Part shown: positions 12,995-26,078 of the stretch, in pieces
How positions within the stretch are numbered: position 1 is the stretch's first letter
Layout of the letters: each line of letters starts with the position of its first letter
DNA from: Pocillopora damicornis
Lineage: Eukaryota
Assembly (NCBI RefSeq): GCF_003704095.1
Contig: NW_020847516.1
Coordinates: 124,001-188,000, forward strand
DNA length: 64,000 nucleotides
Direction: 5' to 3'
Made by a program: the position numbers and the translations under genes
Notes under the pieces: generated by a model
The model's database searches: none
What the model was told of the DNA's origin: nothing
Seen by the model: the letters and a program-made list of their open reading frames with translations, nothing else

Positions 12995-13950
12995 CCTACA
13001 AGTTGAATGATACAGAGTGGACGTCTGCTTGACAACAGTGTTGTCACTCAAGTCAAATCAACTAGGTGTTTAGGCATCGAAATTGAAAAGAGTTAATTAA
13101 GTCCTTTCCACAAAAAATGAATCTTCTCAGGTCTTTGTATTTCTTACCAACTACAGCGAGAGCTGATTTTTATTTCAAAGTATTTTTACCATCTGTTATC
13201 TATGGCTTGGTTGTATGGGGTTCCTGCGGCAAATCGCTCTTTGATGAGCTGGAGAGAATACATGTACGTGCCTCAAAGATCATCTATGGCCTGGATCGGT
13301 ACACTCCCAGCGATCAGGTCTTAGCCCAAAGCAAGTGGCCCACTATTTAAGATTTATACGAATATAGATTACTTATGTTAGCACACGACTGTTTTTATAA
13401 CTTCTTTCCCGTTCCTATTATGAAGCTGTTTACGAAATATGAGTACAACTATAACTTGCGAAGGAAATTGACATTCTTGTTACCAAAATTCTTCGCAAGT
13501 CCACTTGTTACAAAGCCGTATCACTATGGAACTCTCTTGACAACCATACGCGTGCAATCGCAAGCAAAAGCTAATTTAAAAGTTTTCTTAAACGCAGAAC
13601 TTCATGTGAATAGATAAAACCAAAATAAAACCAATAAAACCAAATACAGAAATTATTCGCAAGTCCACTTGTTACAAAGCCGTATCACTATGGAATTCTC
13701 TTGACAACCATACGCGTGCAATCGCAAGCAAAAGCTAATTTAAAAATTTTCTTAAACGCAGAACTTGATGCGAATAGATTAGTTTACAGACATGTTATCT
13801 ATTTTTTAAAATAGGTTAGATCCTTTTAAATTTTGATTAGATTTTAAGCGTTTTATTCACTTGTAAACTACTTTTAACTTTTGAATACACGACCACATTA
13901 GCTTCACTGTAATTTTTTTATCGTGTTTAAATAAATGTTGTTGTTGTTGT
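12995..13950 (+). mobile_element. 5'-truncated non-LTR retrotransposon (CR1/L2-like LINE) 3' end
   Basis: Broken ORF2 C-terminal peptide (..FYFKVFLPSVIYGLVVWGSCG..LERIHVRASKII..YNYNLR) typical of post-RT regions; ends AATAAATG(TTG)n; internal ~125 bp duplication. Confidence 0.8.
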
Positions 13951-14726
13951 GTTTGCTTCTCATTGGTCGCTGAGATCGTAAGGATTGCAGTCACTTGTAA
14001 CTTTCAACTTAACTTTCTTTCACCCAGAGTTGGTGTTGGAAGAGAACACAAAATGATATTAAGTGAAAACTACTAAATACAATTACATGTACCGGTACTT
14101 CGTCTTTTCTGAAAACGATACGAGTGAACATGACATTCGGTGTGTATAATATATGCAATAAGTACTACAGACAAATCTCTGAAAACCCGGATTTTTTTCT
14201 TGCCTAAAAAATGAAACAATTAAAATCTAATGATTGGGAAAAATAGATTATAAGAAGGAAAAAGGTGTGAAGAAGGAAAAAGAGCACAATAAATGCGTTA
14301 CCATCAGAGTAGAGAAGAAAGTCAACGACGATTGAGATATGATTTACCAAAGTTCAGCCCTACTAAACGGAACTAAATTGTACTATACTTCAGAAGATTC
14401 AAAAGAAAGACAACATTTCGAGAGTAGTTGGAATCCGTGGGCCGACGACGCAACGATTTGACATCGTTTTATAATTATTTGCCAGTTTACGTATCCCTTA
14501 TGGGGGAGGGTGCTTTTTATTTCCAGTGAACTACAACCTGTGATCAGATGTTTCTTTTTAGCGTCATATAGTATAACAGAAGATAATAATGGTTTTAAAA
14601 AATTTTAATGTTTACTGAAAATAAGTGACACTTTCGTGAGCCGTGATCGCGCTGCTTTCCTCGCTCCGCTGGGGCTTGCACTTGGGTGAAAGACGCGTCT
14701 CTTAATGGTCCCCTTCCCTATAGATA

Positions 14727-14907
14727 AAGGAGGAACGTTTCTAGAGAAACCGTAGTGCTGCGTCGGTGGGAGAGTATAACGGAATAATTAAGTATTATCA
14801 ACTGGGTTGGTAACGTAAATTGGCCACCGTAAAGAGTTTAAAAGCTGACGTTTCGAGCGTTAGCCCTTTGTCAGAGCAATAGACGAAGCGCTAACGCTCG
14901 AAACGTA
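14727..14907. mobile_element. Penelope-like element remnant with two inverted, degenerate minimal hammerhead ribozyme motifs
   Basis: Minus strand 14877-14844 reads GCT-CTGACAA-AGGGCTAACGCTC-GAAA-CGTC-AGC. Plus strand from 14881 reads AGACGAAGCGCTAACGCTCGAAACGTA. Confidence 0.7.
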
Positions 14908-14949
14908 TGGCCCCGCGAGTTGATCCAGTGTTCTAATTCACCAGTCAAG

Positions 14950-15050
14950 TGAGAAGGATGAAGCTAATCCTATGTCCTGATTGGCCCGTCGAGCGAGAGA
15001 GATGAAGCTAATCAAGTATTCTGATTAGCTTGTCGAGCGCACAGGATGGT
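14950..15050. repeat. Tandem ~45-bp unit x2 (repeat-derived)
   Basis: GATGAAGCTAATC...CTGATT(G/A)GC..GTCGAGCG occurs twice. Confidence 0.6.
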
Positions 15051-16662
15051 CAAAGCCCGCTTTGAGCTTGCTAAAACTTAAAAGTTTTTGTAACCGATTT
15101 ATCCACTTTGTTACTTAAACGCAACTTTTTCGTTAACATCGATATAGATTTCAGTCCGTATTCGTCTCGGTTCTTAAAAACTGAAAAAAAATAAAAAATA
15201 AAAAATAACCACATACACACGCACACGAACTTTTGTGAATTTCCATCTGTGCTGACCTGGCGTTTTTTCTACAACGCATATGTACAGCAATCCCTCCAAT
15301 AATTTCAGTGGGAATTGAATTATAACAATCTTTTCGCAATGGAGACTGCAAAGCACAAGGCTATGCCCTTGCTTTTATGTCCTAATACCTTACATCGTTA
15401 CACAAACATTTGTAGGGCTGAATGTAGAATGAGGAAGATGGCAATTTTTTTTGTCATGTCATCAGAAATATGAGATCATACATTTCCTCGTAACCAAGTT
15501 ATCGCAAGTGAAAAAAAAGGAATAGTTAAGTGCGACTTTTGCGTGCCCGTCACCTGTGTGTCAGAGAACGTTCTTTATTGTAATCTCCTCGAGAAAAGCG
15601 GATTCATGACAGCGATTGTGAATGAAGGGCACAAATTATAGATAAGCTGTCTCTGGCATCGCGTCATTTCGTTAAGGCAAACGTTGTAGCGCAAATTAAC
15701 GCGCTAAGACCTGGTCATTGTTATCATGACCGCATCGTCAAATCCTTTCGTGTTTTTTAAAATGTTACTCTTCGATTAGTTTGAGGTGGATGAACCTTTT
15801 AGCTGTATGATGGGATACAGATAAAACTGTAGTCCCTGATATGATTGAGATATCAGTTAATCGGAAAGTGTGGGTGGAAAAAAAATAAAACTTATTTTTA
15901 AAGAGTTACCCAGATGCGCACTTGAGTATGTGGTGTTCCGTCGATGTTTTTCCATGGAGCATCACAAGCTGTGTTCATACACAAACAATACTTGGAATTG
16001 AAATTTGACGAAAATTCTTGTTATAATTATCATTCTATGATAATGAAATATGACATGATGAAATAATAGATTCTCTGAATGCAGTTTAGATGATGACATT
16101 TGGCAGTCACGCTAAGGCTGGATATCGCATCGGGAGCTTTTCATGCGTCCATTACCAGGGTCAACGAACAAACTTCAGGCCACTCGAACAGTTGGAAAAG
16201 AAAAACCGGGACACTTAATCGGAGAATTGAGATATCAAAGCGATATATCCCACCCAAAAGAAAAAGATAGTCCGGAGAAAAACATAATAAAAATCCTAAT
16301 TAGCTCACGAGAGGTAAACATTTTTGTGAGTGGGGTATTTTTCCGTTTAATTTAGAAGTAAAAATGCGCTTTAACAGCTTTGCCAGATGTTTTATTTACG
16401 TCGAGGTAGTTGTCGAGGTTTAGGTAATTAGAAGTGATCGTGTAGAAAGCTCGTTTTTTCGCGACAAAAAGTGTACGAAAAAAATTATAGTTTAGAAAAT
16501 TAAAACGGAAGTTATAATTGGAGAAAGGTTGCCCTTGTCATTTTTGCGATGATCCAATTGGTCAAAAAACAATAAAAATAATTGACTGACCAATAAGGTG
16601 ACTTGCACGAGAATCCAGAGATTCCACGTGCATGTGGAGCGTCTAAACGCGAAATCATACAA

Positions 16663-19600
16663 ATGAGGGACGAAATGAGGGACGACGCAGGGCAGTCTTG
16701 CAAAGAAACAGCGCTTTCACCGTCAGTCATGAGTAAGGAGGTAAGTTCAAATATCTGAATGCTTGTTTTGCAAGGTTGTTGTTTGAATTTTTGTTGATGT
16801 TAGCCGAAATGTGCGACTATCAGTCGAAAATAGCTTGTGTCAGCAGTTGTCATCAGACTAAGCCCAGGTGCGGAAGGAACTCTTTCCGGCTAGAGCGTTG
16901 TTGATTGAACTTGTTTTTCCAACTTAAGCACTAAAATTGCGTTAAAGGAACGAACCTTAGCTTAATGCAGTAAATACTACATCGTTCCTTAAATTGTTTT
17001 CTGTTCGAAATTGAACCCTGACTGAATTCAATGTCCAAACTTGTCCTAGTTTTGTATATGTTGAATTTGCTGCGAGGTAGATGACAAACAATTCCTCAGC
17101 GGAAAAATCGCTGTCTGTCTTTTAACTGCTTCAGTCGGCCGTCTTTTTACGCCAGTTATTCTCTGATCTCGATGGTATCTTAATTTCACCCTCTACAGAA
17201 TGCACCCGAGGATAAAACTTCCATCTTGACTCGAATCAATGCTTTGTTGGATTCTAGTAAGTGAACTTCCTGAAATCTGTTCGAGTTCTTTTGATTTCAT
17301 GTGGAACACATTTGATCAAATTCAGACGCTAAACGTAACGCAGAAAAGCTTTGCTGCATTGTTTTGACAGACTCAGCGGGTAGAAGTTTGTTTTCGCCTC
17401 AACCAGCATCTCAAGCTACAACCTGTGGACCGTTCGTTAGTTACCCAGGTTTTCAGCCAACACCTCCAGATTCTAGATCTCCCAGCCCGTTACATATGGA
17501 CGATCTGAGAACAAGTGAACTCTTCATGGTAATCGTTTAAAACATATTTATTTTCTTCTGACTGAAAGCTGTGGCTGCGCGTTGATCTCTTTGACCTTGT
17601 GTCTTCTTTCCTGTCTGTATTAGTTTCTAATTTTGGCAATGAAGTGTATGCTTTTTGTGCCGTTTTGTAAATTATAGTCGCTTTTGTCCTTCTATCCATC
17701 AAAATTAATTTTTTCAAGTAAGCCAAATTGAGCCAGATAATCTGTGTCAACGATTTGAAGTGATACAATTTCATGATAATATCTTTGTTTTTTTCTCAGA
17801 TTTTGGTCAATAGTTATGCCTAACCATTTTACAGGCAGATACAATAGACTTGTAGTATAGATTTTGGAATTTCGCGAGACTGAGAAATAAATTCGAAATA
17901 AATTTTTGACTAAGCTGCTTTTGTTTTGTTTTGTTGTTTTTTTGTAAGGAAAATCTGTTACATGACATAATCTTTCATGGTGAAAATTGCAGAGATTTTT
18001 CTACTAAACATGGAATGAATTAAAACAGGCACAATGCTATTCAAACAATATCTTAAAAGAGAAAAGAAAATATAAGCATGGACAGGAAGTACCTTTAGAT
18101 AACTTATGCCTGGAGTAAATTTATTATCGGCTCAATAACTTTAGCCAGATGTCTTTAGCACTGCAAGTTTAGGTGAGGCCTACCAGTTCTTTGTTAAGAA
18201 TTGCTATCTGTATTTACAATGGTATCAATAGGGACAACTTTCCTAATTTCAGGGCAACTTCGTAGCTGGTAGCACTCATTTTGGATTACATACCCCACCA
18301 GATAGCCTTTCACCTTCTCCCATGAGTGCCTTTTCTCCATATGGAGCCTTTCCATTCTCTCCTCTGTCTCCTGTGGACTCTGAAGCCAGTATTAGTCCTA
18401 TGAGGCCTTCATACCGCAGTTCTGTTTTCCCTCGTTGTCAGCCAAGGCAGATTGGGTTACCACCTGGAATGTTACAGCAACAATCTGAGATGGTGGCACC
18501 CACGATGAGCAGCCTGTTCACTGATCCGAGGTGGACTGGCATCAATCCATTGTTTGGAATGTGGAATGATCCATCAAGTTTAGACTACTTTCAACACCAA
18601 GGACTTCCTCAGCTATTATCAGGTAAAGCATCTAAATCTATTCCATGTAATAGCAACTCGGGTCAGTGTTAATCAATGGCCATTTAAAAGTTATTCCCCT
18701 GATCACAATCAACTTTCTCTGGAGATCCAAAAATACATAGATTGGTTGGGCAAAAGAATAAGCTGAAAATTCTTAATAAATCCTTATTTATTCAGAGGGA
18801 AGGTGACTGTTAGACAGAAGGGGTGCCACCTGAGAGCACCTTGCAAACATAATATTATCAGAAATGCAGCCTACTGTTTCTCTGGCCTAATGTTATTCTC
18901 TGTTGATCTCTTAACAAGGTGCAGACTTCAATAAAGGAAATATGAAGAAGTGGTCAGGCCAGTTACCTCGCCGAAATTATAAGAATCCAAGCTACTCAAC
19001 AAAAGTATTCTTGGGAGGTGTTCCTTGGGATATCACTGAAGGTTCTATTACTTTGTGTTTGTCAAGTTATCAAGTGAACAGATCTAATGACATGTAACAG
19101 TTATGCAAAGCTATATTCAAACTTTACTGAACAATTTGTCTACCAGGTGAAATTAGTTTATTTTTTGCTCACTTTTCACTCTGAGCTACATTATGGCCAA
19201 CTGTCTGAAACTTGAGCTGTATTAGGATGTGAAAAATTTTAAAGCACAAGCAAAACTTTGACCAATGATGTGTGAGTACCTTGACTGGCTAAGGTGTGGC
19301 TGCATGGATGTGTGGTAACTGAGGGGCAGTTGTTGTTATTTAATTTCTTTATAAGTGAGACATCATTCAACCTAAACTTGCTTAATCACACATTAAATTT
19401 AATTCTGTTCTTATTATGATATGATTTTCTATTGAAGCATAATTTGACTGATTATTTAGGTTTGTACATCTGTATGTGAATATTTTCCTTCCAAGTGATT
19501 AATAACAAACATAAGTTTTCTCTATTTTGTAGCATCTCTTGTGATGTCCTTCAAACCATTTGGCTCAGTGAAGGTGGAATGGCCAGGGAAGGCTGATGGC

Positions 19601-21972
19601 CGGCATCTTCACCATCCACCTAAAGGTACCTATGTGCTGTGACAGTCAAAGTAGGAAATGTGACCAGTATATTGGATACTTAAACTCTGGGAGTTACAAT
19701 ATTAAGAAGATTGACCATAGAGATCTTTTTTGTCAGACTATTGACAATCAGAAGTGACCAATCCAATGCATGACAACCTTTTATCTTATTTCTTTGAATT
19801 GAGAAGGTGCACATTAATTGTTGTATTTTAATGCAGTATAATAGTCAGATTACTAATGACAAATGAAAAATATAGAAAGAATAAATTGTATTTTAGGAGT
19901 GATATTTTAATGAAACGTAGAAACGTAAGTTTGATGTTTCTACCAGGATTGACAAGAGGGGAAGTTTATAGAATCTCTCTAGTTCCAGTTGATTTTTACC
20001 TGATTTTATTTCTTAGGATATGTGTATTTAATATTTGATTCTGAGAAGTCAGTGAAAGCTTTGTTAGCATCTTGTACTCATGACTTCTGTAATGGTGGAG
20101 ACTGGTACTTCAAGATATCTAGTCGACGTATGAGGTGCAAAGAGGTAATAACAATATATTCATTCCACAGAGGGATTTAAAGTGAGTCATCTTCACACAC
20201 ACGCACACACCCACACACACGCACACACCCACACACACGCACACACCCACACACACGCACACACCCACACCCCCTTGCCATTCCAGCAAACTACCAAGGG
20301 TTTTTAATTTCCCACCTCATAACTTCAAGACAATACAATCAAGTTTCTGTCAGTGGTAGACAGGCATAATATCTGGTAATCATCTGACATGTGCACTATG
20401 TTATGGTACACTTAAAAGTTTTAGTGCACTGCTAAGTTGTTAGTTCATTTGTCTGGTTAAACCAAGTTCTTAGAAACAGTAAAAGAACTGTTTGACTGTA
20501 AATGTGCTTTTTAGGTGCAGGTGATTCCCTGGGTTCTGTCTGATACCAACTATGTGCGTGGCCCTCATCAACGATTGGACACCAGTTGGACAGTGTTTGT
20601 AGGGGGACTGCATGGTATGCTTAATGCAGGTGAGGGCTGCTGTCAAGTGTGACATTAATCAACTGTACATTGCTGATGACAATGTCAACCATCACTTTTT
20701 GGTTTGTTGCAGAACCATATTAAGATTAAACCATCTTGATCTAAGCCAAAACTTCTTCCTATAAACATTCCATCTTATCACATGCACTTGAACCATCAGA
20801 AATATAGAAGAAGTGGCTTTTAACTATAATCTTTTTTTCCCATTGTAAAAAAGACATTTTAAATCAGCAATATGATACCTGAATTTTAAATTTTAGGAAA
20901 AAACCATTTTATTGTAAAGATTTTTGTGACTCTGTCATTGCAGAGGGCCTGGCTTATATAATGAATGAGCTGTTTGGTGGAGTTGTCTATGCTGGTATTG
21001 ATACTGATAAACATCGCTATCCTATAGGTAAGCTGTATTTGTAAAATAACTCAGTTCTGTCTCTGTAACACCTACTTCTGTGAAGTTTGCCAGAATGTAA
21101 GTCAGGTGAGCAATTTGCTATGATTTTTTGAAATTGCATTCCTCTTTTGCTTACTGGACAAGAAAGTTAGAGACTGCCTCTAAAAGAAGTTACTGATTAG
21201 AAGGAACCTTGGCAGGAAAAATGCCCTTATTTATCCCAACGGCAGAAAATTACAAAGCTCCCTGAATTGGCTAGGTCAAACAAAATTTATCATTAGTTAC
21301 ATGCAGTTAAGTTCATCTTTATTAACTGAATTGAAATTTTTTGACATCCCAGGTTCTGGTCGCATTACCTTCAACAATCAGAAGAGCTTTCTGGAAGCTG
21401 TGCGGTCAGGATTTGTTGAAATAGAGACGCCAAAATTTGTGAAAAAGGTACTCAGTTTTAATGAAAAGTGTTACCCTTGCGAACTGAATTCCCAGTTTTC
21501 TGGGAATTCCTAGGAATTCTCNNNNNNNNNNNNNNNNNNNNNNNNNNNNNNNNNNNNNNNNNNNNNNNNNNNNNNNNNNNNNNNNNNNNNNNNNNNNNNN
21601 NNNNNNNNNNNNNNNNNNNNNAAACTTTAATTGTTTATTTGTGGTTAATCAGGTGCAGGTTGATCCATATTTAGAGGATTCAATGTGTGACATTTGTCAC
21701 ACAACCACTGGTCCATTCTTCTGCCGTGAAGAATCTTGTTTCAAGTATTACTGTCATTCATGTTGGTTGTGGCATCATTCAATTGAAGGATATCGTCAGC
21801 ACAGGTGATATGGTGTATTATAGTTAAGAAAATGACTGCCTTAAATTTACATCATTGTGTACCTAAAGCCACACCAAACACATAGTAAGGAAGTTGTCAG
21901 CTTATAATTCTCTAATCTTTTTTAATTTTTAGACCACTGACCCGCACAAGCAAAAGTGGTACTTCTCAGTAA
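16663..21972 (+). CDS. CPEB1: Cytoplasmic polyadenylation element-binding protein 1 (Orb/CPEB1 subfamily), ~12 exons
   Basis: N-terminal [11 protein letters not shown] block, Ser/Pro-rich region, [30 protein letters not shown] (RRM1), [35 protein letters not shown] (RRM2), ZZ zinc finger CDIC..GPFFC..C.KYYC.SCW.W.H; stop at 21970-21972. The start codon is less certain. Confidence 0.95.
20193..20270. repeat. Higher-order (CA) microsatellite, 18-bp unit x~4
   Basis: (CACACACACGCACACACC)n in a CPEB1 intron. Confidence 0.9.
21522..21621. other. Assembly gap (100 N)
   Basis: N run in a CPEB1 intron. Confidence 0.95.
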
Positions 21973-24900
21973 TTTGAAGTCCTTGTAGCTAATCCTGATG
22001 CAGGTTGTGAATGGCAGGCTGTATAACATCCTACCCCACAGACCTGAGTGTAAAATTTGCTATTCAGGACGTGTAAGGATGCTGTCATCATTGTGTCTTA
22101 AATTTGGTTATTTGTTGTTAGCCTTACAGGTGTAGATTGTTTTCAAATGGTTCAGTTTATTAATCATTTACTTAGGTTTCACTTTTAGATGAAAACATGC
22201 AGTGAAATTGTTTCTGTTCTGTGTTTACATCACAAGCCGGTTAAGTGCTAGTAATTTGTTGAGCTGGAGATTGTGCAAACATTTCTCAACACAGGTTTCA
22301 ATTTGATATTTCTTATTATAGTACAGGGGAAAATCGTGTTTTGTTTGCTTTCATTGTCACCTTTCAATTTTAGCATTTTCTGCTTAATACTTACAGCAAG
22401 TTCACAAGATTTGCAAGTTTAAACATCCATGGCTGAGTGGTCATTAGAATGAGAAACTCCCTAAATATTTTAAATTCTTGATTGCTCCTCTAGTAATAAT
22501 CTTATCATCAGAATTTATTGTTAAGGTGACTGGGATTATTTACCCATGGTGTGTCAAGTTCTTTTTGTTTTCATTCTTCACAAAACCTTGACATTGAATG
22601 TTTAGTTCTTCAGTGTACACGAGTGTTGGACTTTTTCTAATGACCAACCCTACCTTGGATTGACCAAACTACTTGATTTTGAATTTCTCTTAATTAGATA
22701 TGTTTGTTTTGAATTATTTTAGTTGTAATTTTTGTGTATCTTAGCGTGTTAAAGGATTTTTTTATAACCATTAGATGTTAATGTTCTCTGTGCAAGGATT
22801 TATTGCATTAATAGTTTGATAAAACAGAAAACTTAAATTATGCTGGACTCTGTTTTCTCTAGAGAAGAACTTTTTGTCTCAAGGCTGGGCCTTGTACAGT
22901 TTTGTAGGAGCAAGACTCTTTTTAACTTTTCCAATCTACTAGTAATTCAGAGCGATGTTTGGAAAAAAATCCTTATTGTTATTTACACAGGAAGACATGT
23001 ACATCAGAAACACTGTTGATGTGTCTTTTTAATACTCATGTTACAGAGTATTTTTGTATTACAGTTTTGTATATATTTTTGGTGTAACTCAGTGTTCTAG
23101 TGTTTTTTTCAGGTAATTGAATGCAACTTATTACTTTCTCAACCCAAATGTATCCATTATTTAACCATAGTTTGAAAAGTGTTTAGTTGTGACATGTTAA
23201 GAGCTGACCACATAAGACAGAAAAAATAACTTTTCATTATCTCTAATTTATTTAGGTAACACTGAGGAAGAGCCTAAACAGTTAATCATTGCTAGTGATG
23301 GAATGATAAAATTGTTTTTAACTCAAAAACCAAAATACTGGAAAAAACTATTTAGAGGGTGCATGACACATTTATTTAAATTTAGTTCTAAAAAAAAGTA
23401 AGTCAATTTTTATTGTTTGCAGGACACAAGGAAGCTAATTTTGCAGTAAGAGTTATTATAATTATTGTAATTACTTATTTATAATGTTTATTTCCACTGA
23501 CAAGACTTGTCATAAGTTCTCATTGGTAAATTTAATTAATTTTGCACGTTATGGTTGTATTGATAAGCTCCTTGCTCATGTTACTGTACCAAACAGGCAG
23601 TGCTTAGCGTGTTCCAATAGAAAAAGACACAGATGGCAATTGTAGGTTACCTTTGTCACATTAAAGTGGAAAAACTTATTTTAATTCATATATTTGGTTT
23701 CTTTGTTGCGCAATATTCCCTGCCTCATCTAATGTCTGTTTAAAGTTCGCTCTCCTAATTGTAACTCAAGAATCTCTAGATGCAGAACTTTACCCTTACC
23801 ATTCCACGTTACATTTGGGCATAGGTACAAACAAAGATCACAAAGCAAAGCTTATTCCCCCATCCTCAAGCAACACTGTTGTCAAGTAATCGCATGAAAA
23901 TTATTTGTCGTGTGCCTCGCTTTCACGTTCTTATCAGCAAGTAGACAAAGAGGAGACAGTTAATAATTTCTAGGACGCTTCACTAGCTCGCAAAAAAGAA
24001 AAAAAAGAAACAAAAAGTGGCTGGCAAGGACTCTCTCTCCTTAGCAAAGAGGATTTAAACATTAATAAAATTACTGGTGAGCAGTCAATGGAAACTGTCT
24101 TGGAACCACTAAAAGTAGCAATTAGAGAAGAAACTTTAAGGACCATGACCCACTCATTCGACTTACCTTCTGTAAACTTAGACTTTGATCCCAGACACGC
24201 AACTTCTATGAAATGGGAAAAGCACAAGGACCCCTATTTTTTCCTCATGTCTTGCACTTCTCACATCTTTCATTTTACTCACTACCAAGCCCAACATTTG
24301 ACATAAGCTGGTGAGGTTAGTTGGAGAGATTGTGGTATGGCTGAACTTCTGGGGGAAATTAATGGTCCAAATTGTTAACTAAGTTTTGGCCAGGAATTAA
24401 TTTCTGAGACCAACACCATTCTAGCTGAACCAAATTAATTGGGGGTTATCTAACATTTACAAACATGGCAAAAAGTCATGAACTGAAAGGAAATGATCAT
24501 CCCCAATATTTTAAGATTTCCTTTCACATCCAAATGAAAGTATAGATGTACTTTCTTCTTTTGTGAGCATGGTCCATATGGCATGGAAAGACTGGTTTCA
24601 AGACCAAAGGTACATTTTTGCCCATATGGACTGACCTAGACTGGTAAATAGCTTTTTTTTTTTTTTTTTTTTTCTGTTTTTAGACTTTATCCAGCTGCCT
24701 GACTTTCATTTCATGGGAGGTTCTATCTAGATAGTAAAATTCACTTTTGCTGGCTGCTCTCATTTGAATCAATTTTCTTAAAAATTTAAATTTTCCCAAC
24801 TTATTTCCTCAAGGTTTTAAACAGGTGCATCTTGTTTTCAAACTTTCAAAAGAAAAGAAAAAAAATATCCGGATGGTGGTCAATTAGCTAATCAAATTAG

Positions 24901-26078
24901 TGGATTTAAGATTTCTTCCCTCTGAGATGCTTTGTTCAGAAAGAGGAAAAATTTGCTTTCAGGGTATTAGGGCACATTCATTCTATGAACACTGGAACAA
25001 ATAACCTTGTGAAGTAATAAAACTAACCTCCAATCAAGAAGAGCAAAACTAGATGTTGACAGGAGAATGAAAAAGTCTGAGCAGCTGACACAAAGAGAGC
25101 AATAATTATTATTATTGATGTAAAGAACAATGGGGTAAAGCTTATTCCAACACCATTCATACTGGATGAGCCATGTACAAAACATTCATAATTGTGAAGT
25201 GACATTGCATTGTTTTATTTAAAAGGCATAGAGATAAATTGTAAAAGCTGCATCATGATATGTTTGCATCAAGGAGAATTTCCTTTAAAACAAGAAATCT
25301 TTAACTTAATACTGCTTGTGTGGGAAAAATTGACCAAAATGGACCTAATGTGGCTAAGAATGCAAGCAATCAATATGGATAACAAACCAGGCACTTGCCA
25401 ATTTGGGCCAATTCTTCTTAAGATGCACTTGCCATGACAGGGCTAAAAAAAAAAAAGCCCTTTAACAAAAGTAATGCCAATATAATAAACTGAACAGGAT
25501 GACCTATCATGGATGGTAGGAACTCTAAAAACTTTTTCAGCTGTATTACTTCTACTTCTTTCTCATTCAAATGTTAAGTATTGTTATTAAAATGGAAACC
25601 AAAGAAAACTTAATTAACAAGGAAGGCCTATGAGATCTTAGCTGTTCAAGTTTCAAAGTGAAATTAACAGTCTCGCTGCATCAAACACCGTAAGCATGAC
25701 AAAACATGTAAAAAATATCTCAACTGCTTACTGTTATAGAATATGACATCAACTATGTATTATAACAGCAGTTGATGAGTACAACAAAAAGTGGCTACAA
25801 TGCATATTTACAAATTGAAGTAAACAAAGAAAACTTAAATATGTCACTGATGTAATGAATGTTCAGTCTACTGATTATAGAAGACATGATGATAAAGTTT
25901 CCACTCTTCCAAAATATCTGTAGTTGTAAATGACAAAATCCATGAAAACAAGTTCTTTACCATCTGTTGTTAAACAAATGATCCCCATAACAATTGTTGT
26001 AGCTATGCAGTTTTAACAGGTTGATAAATTTATCATCCACTTTAGAGCAGCCATACCAATCTTTGTCTTATCTTCAGA

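Noticed and set aside
16741-21932. HDV-like (CPEB3-type) ribozyme in CPEB introns
   Set aside because: No nested double-pseudoknot pattern seen by eye, and this gene is CPEB1-type; 100 N remain unseen.
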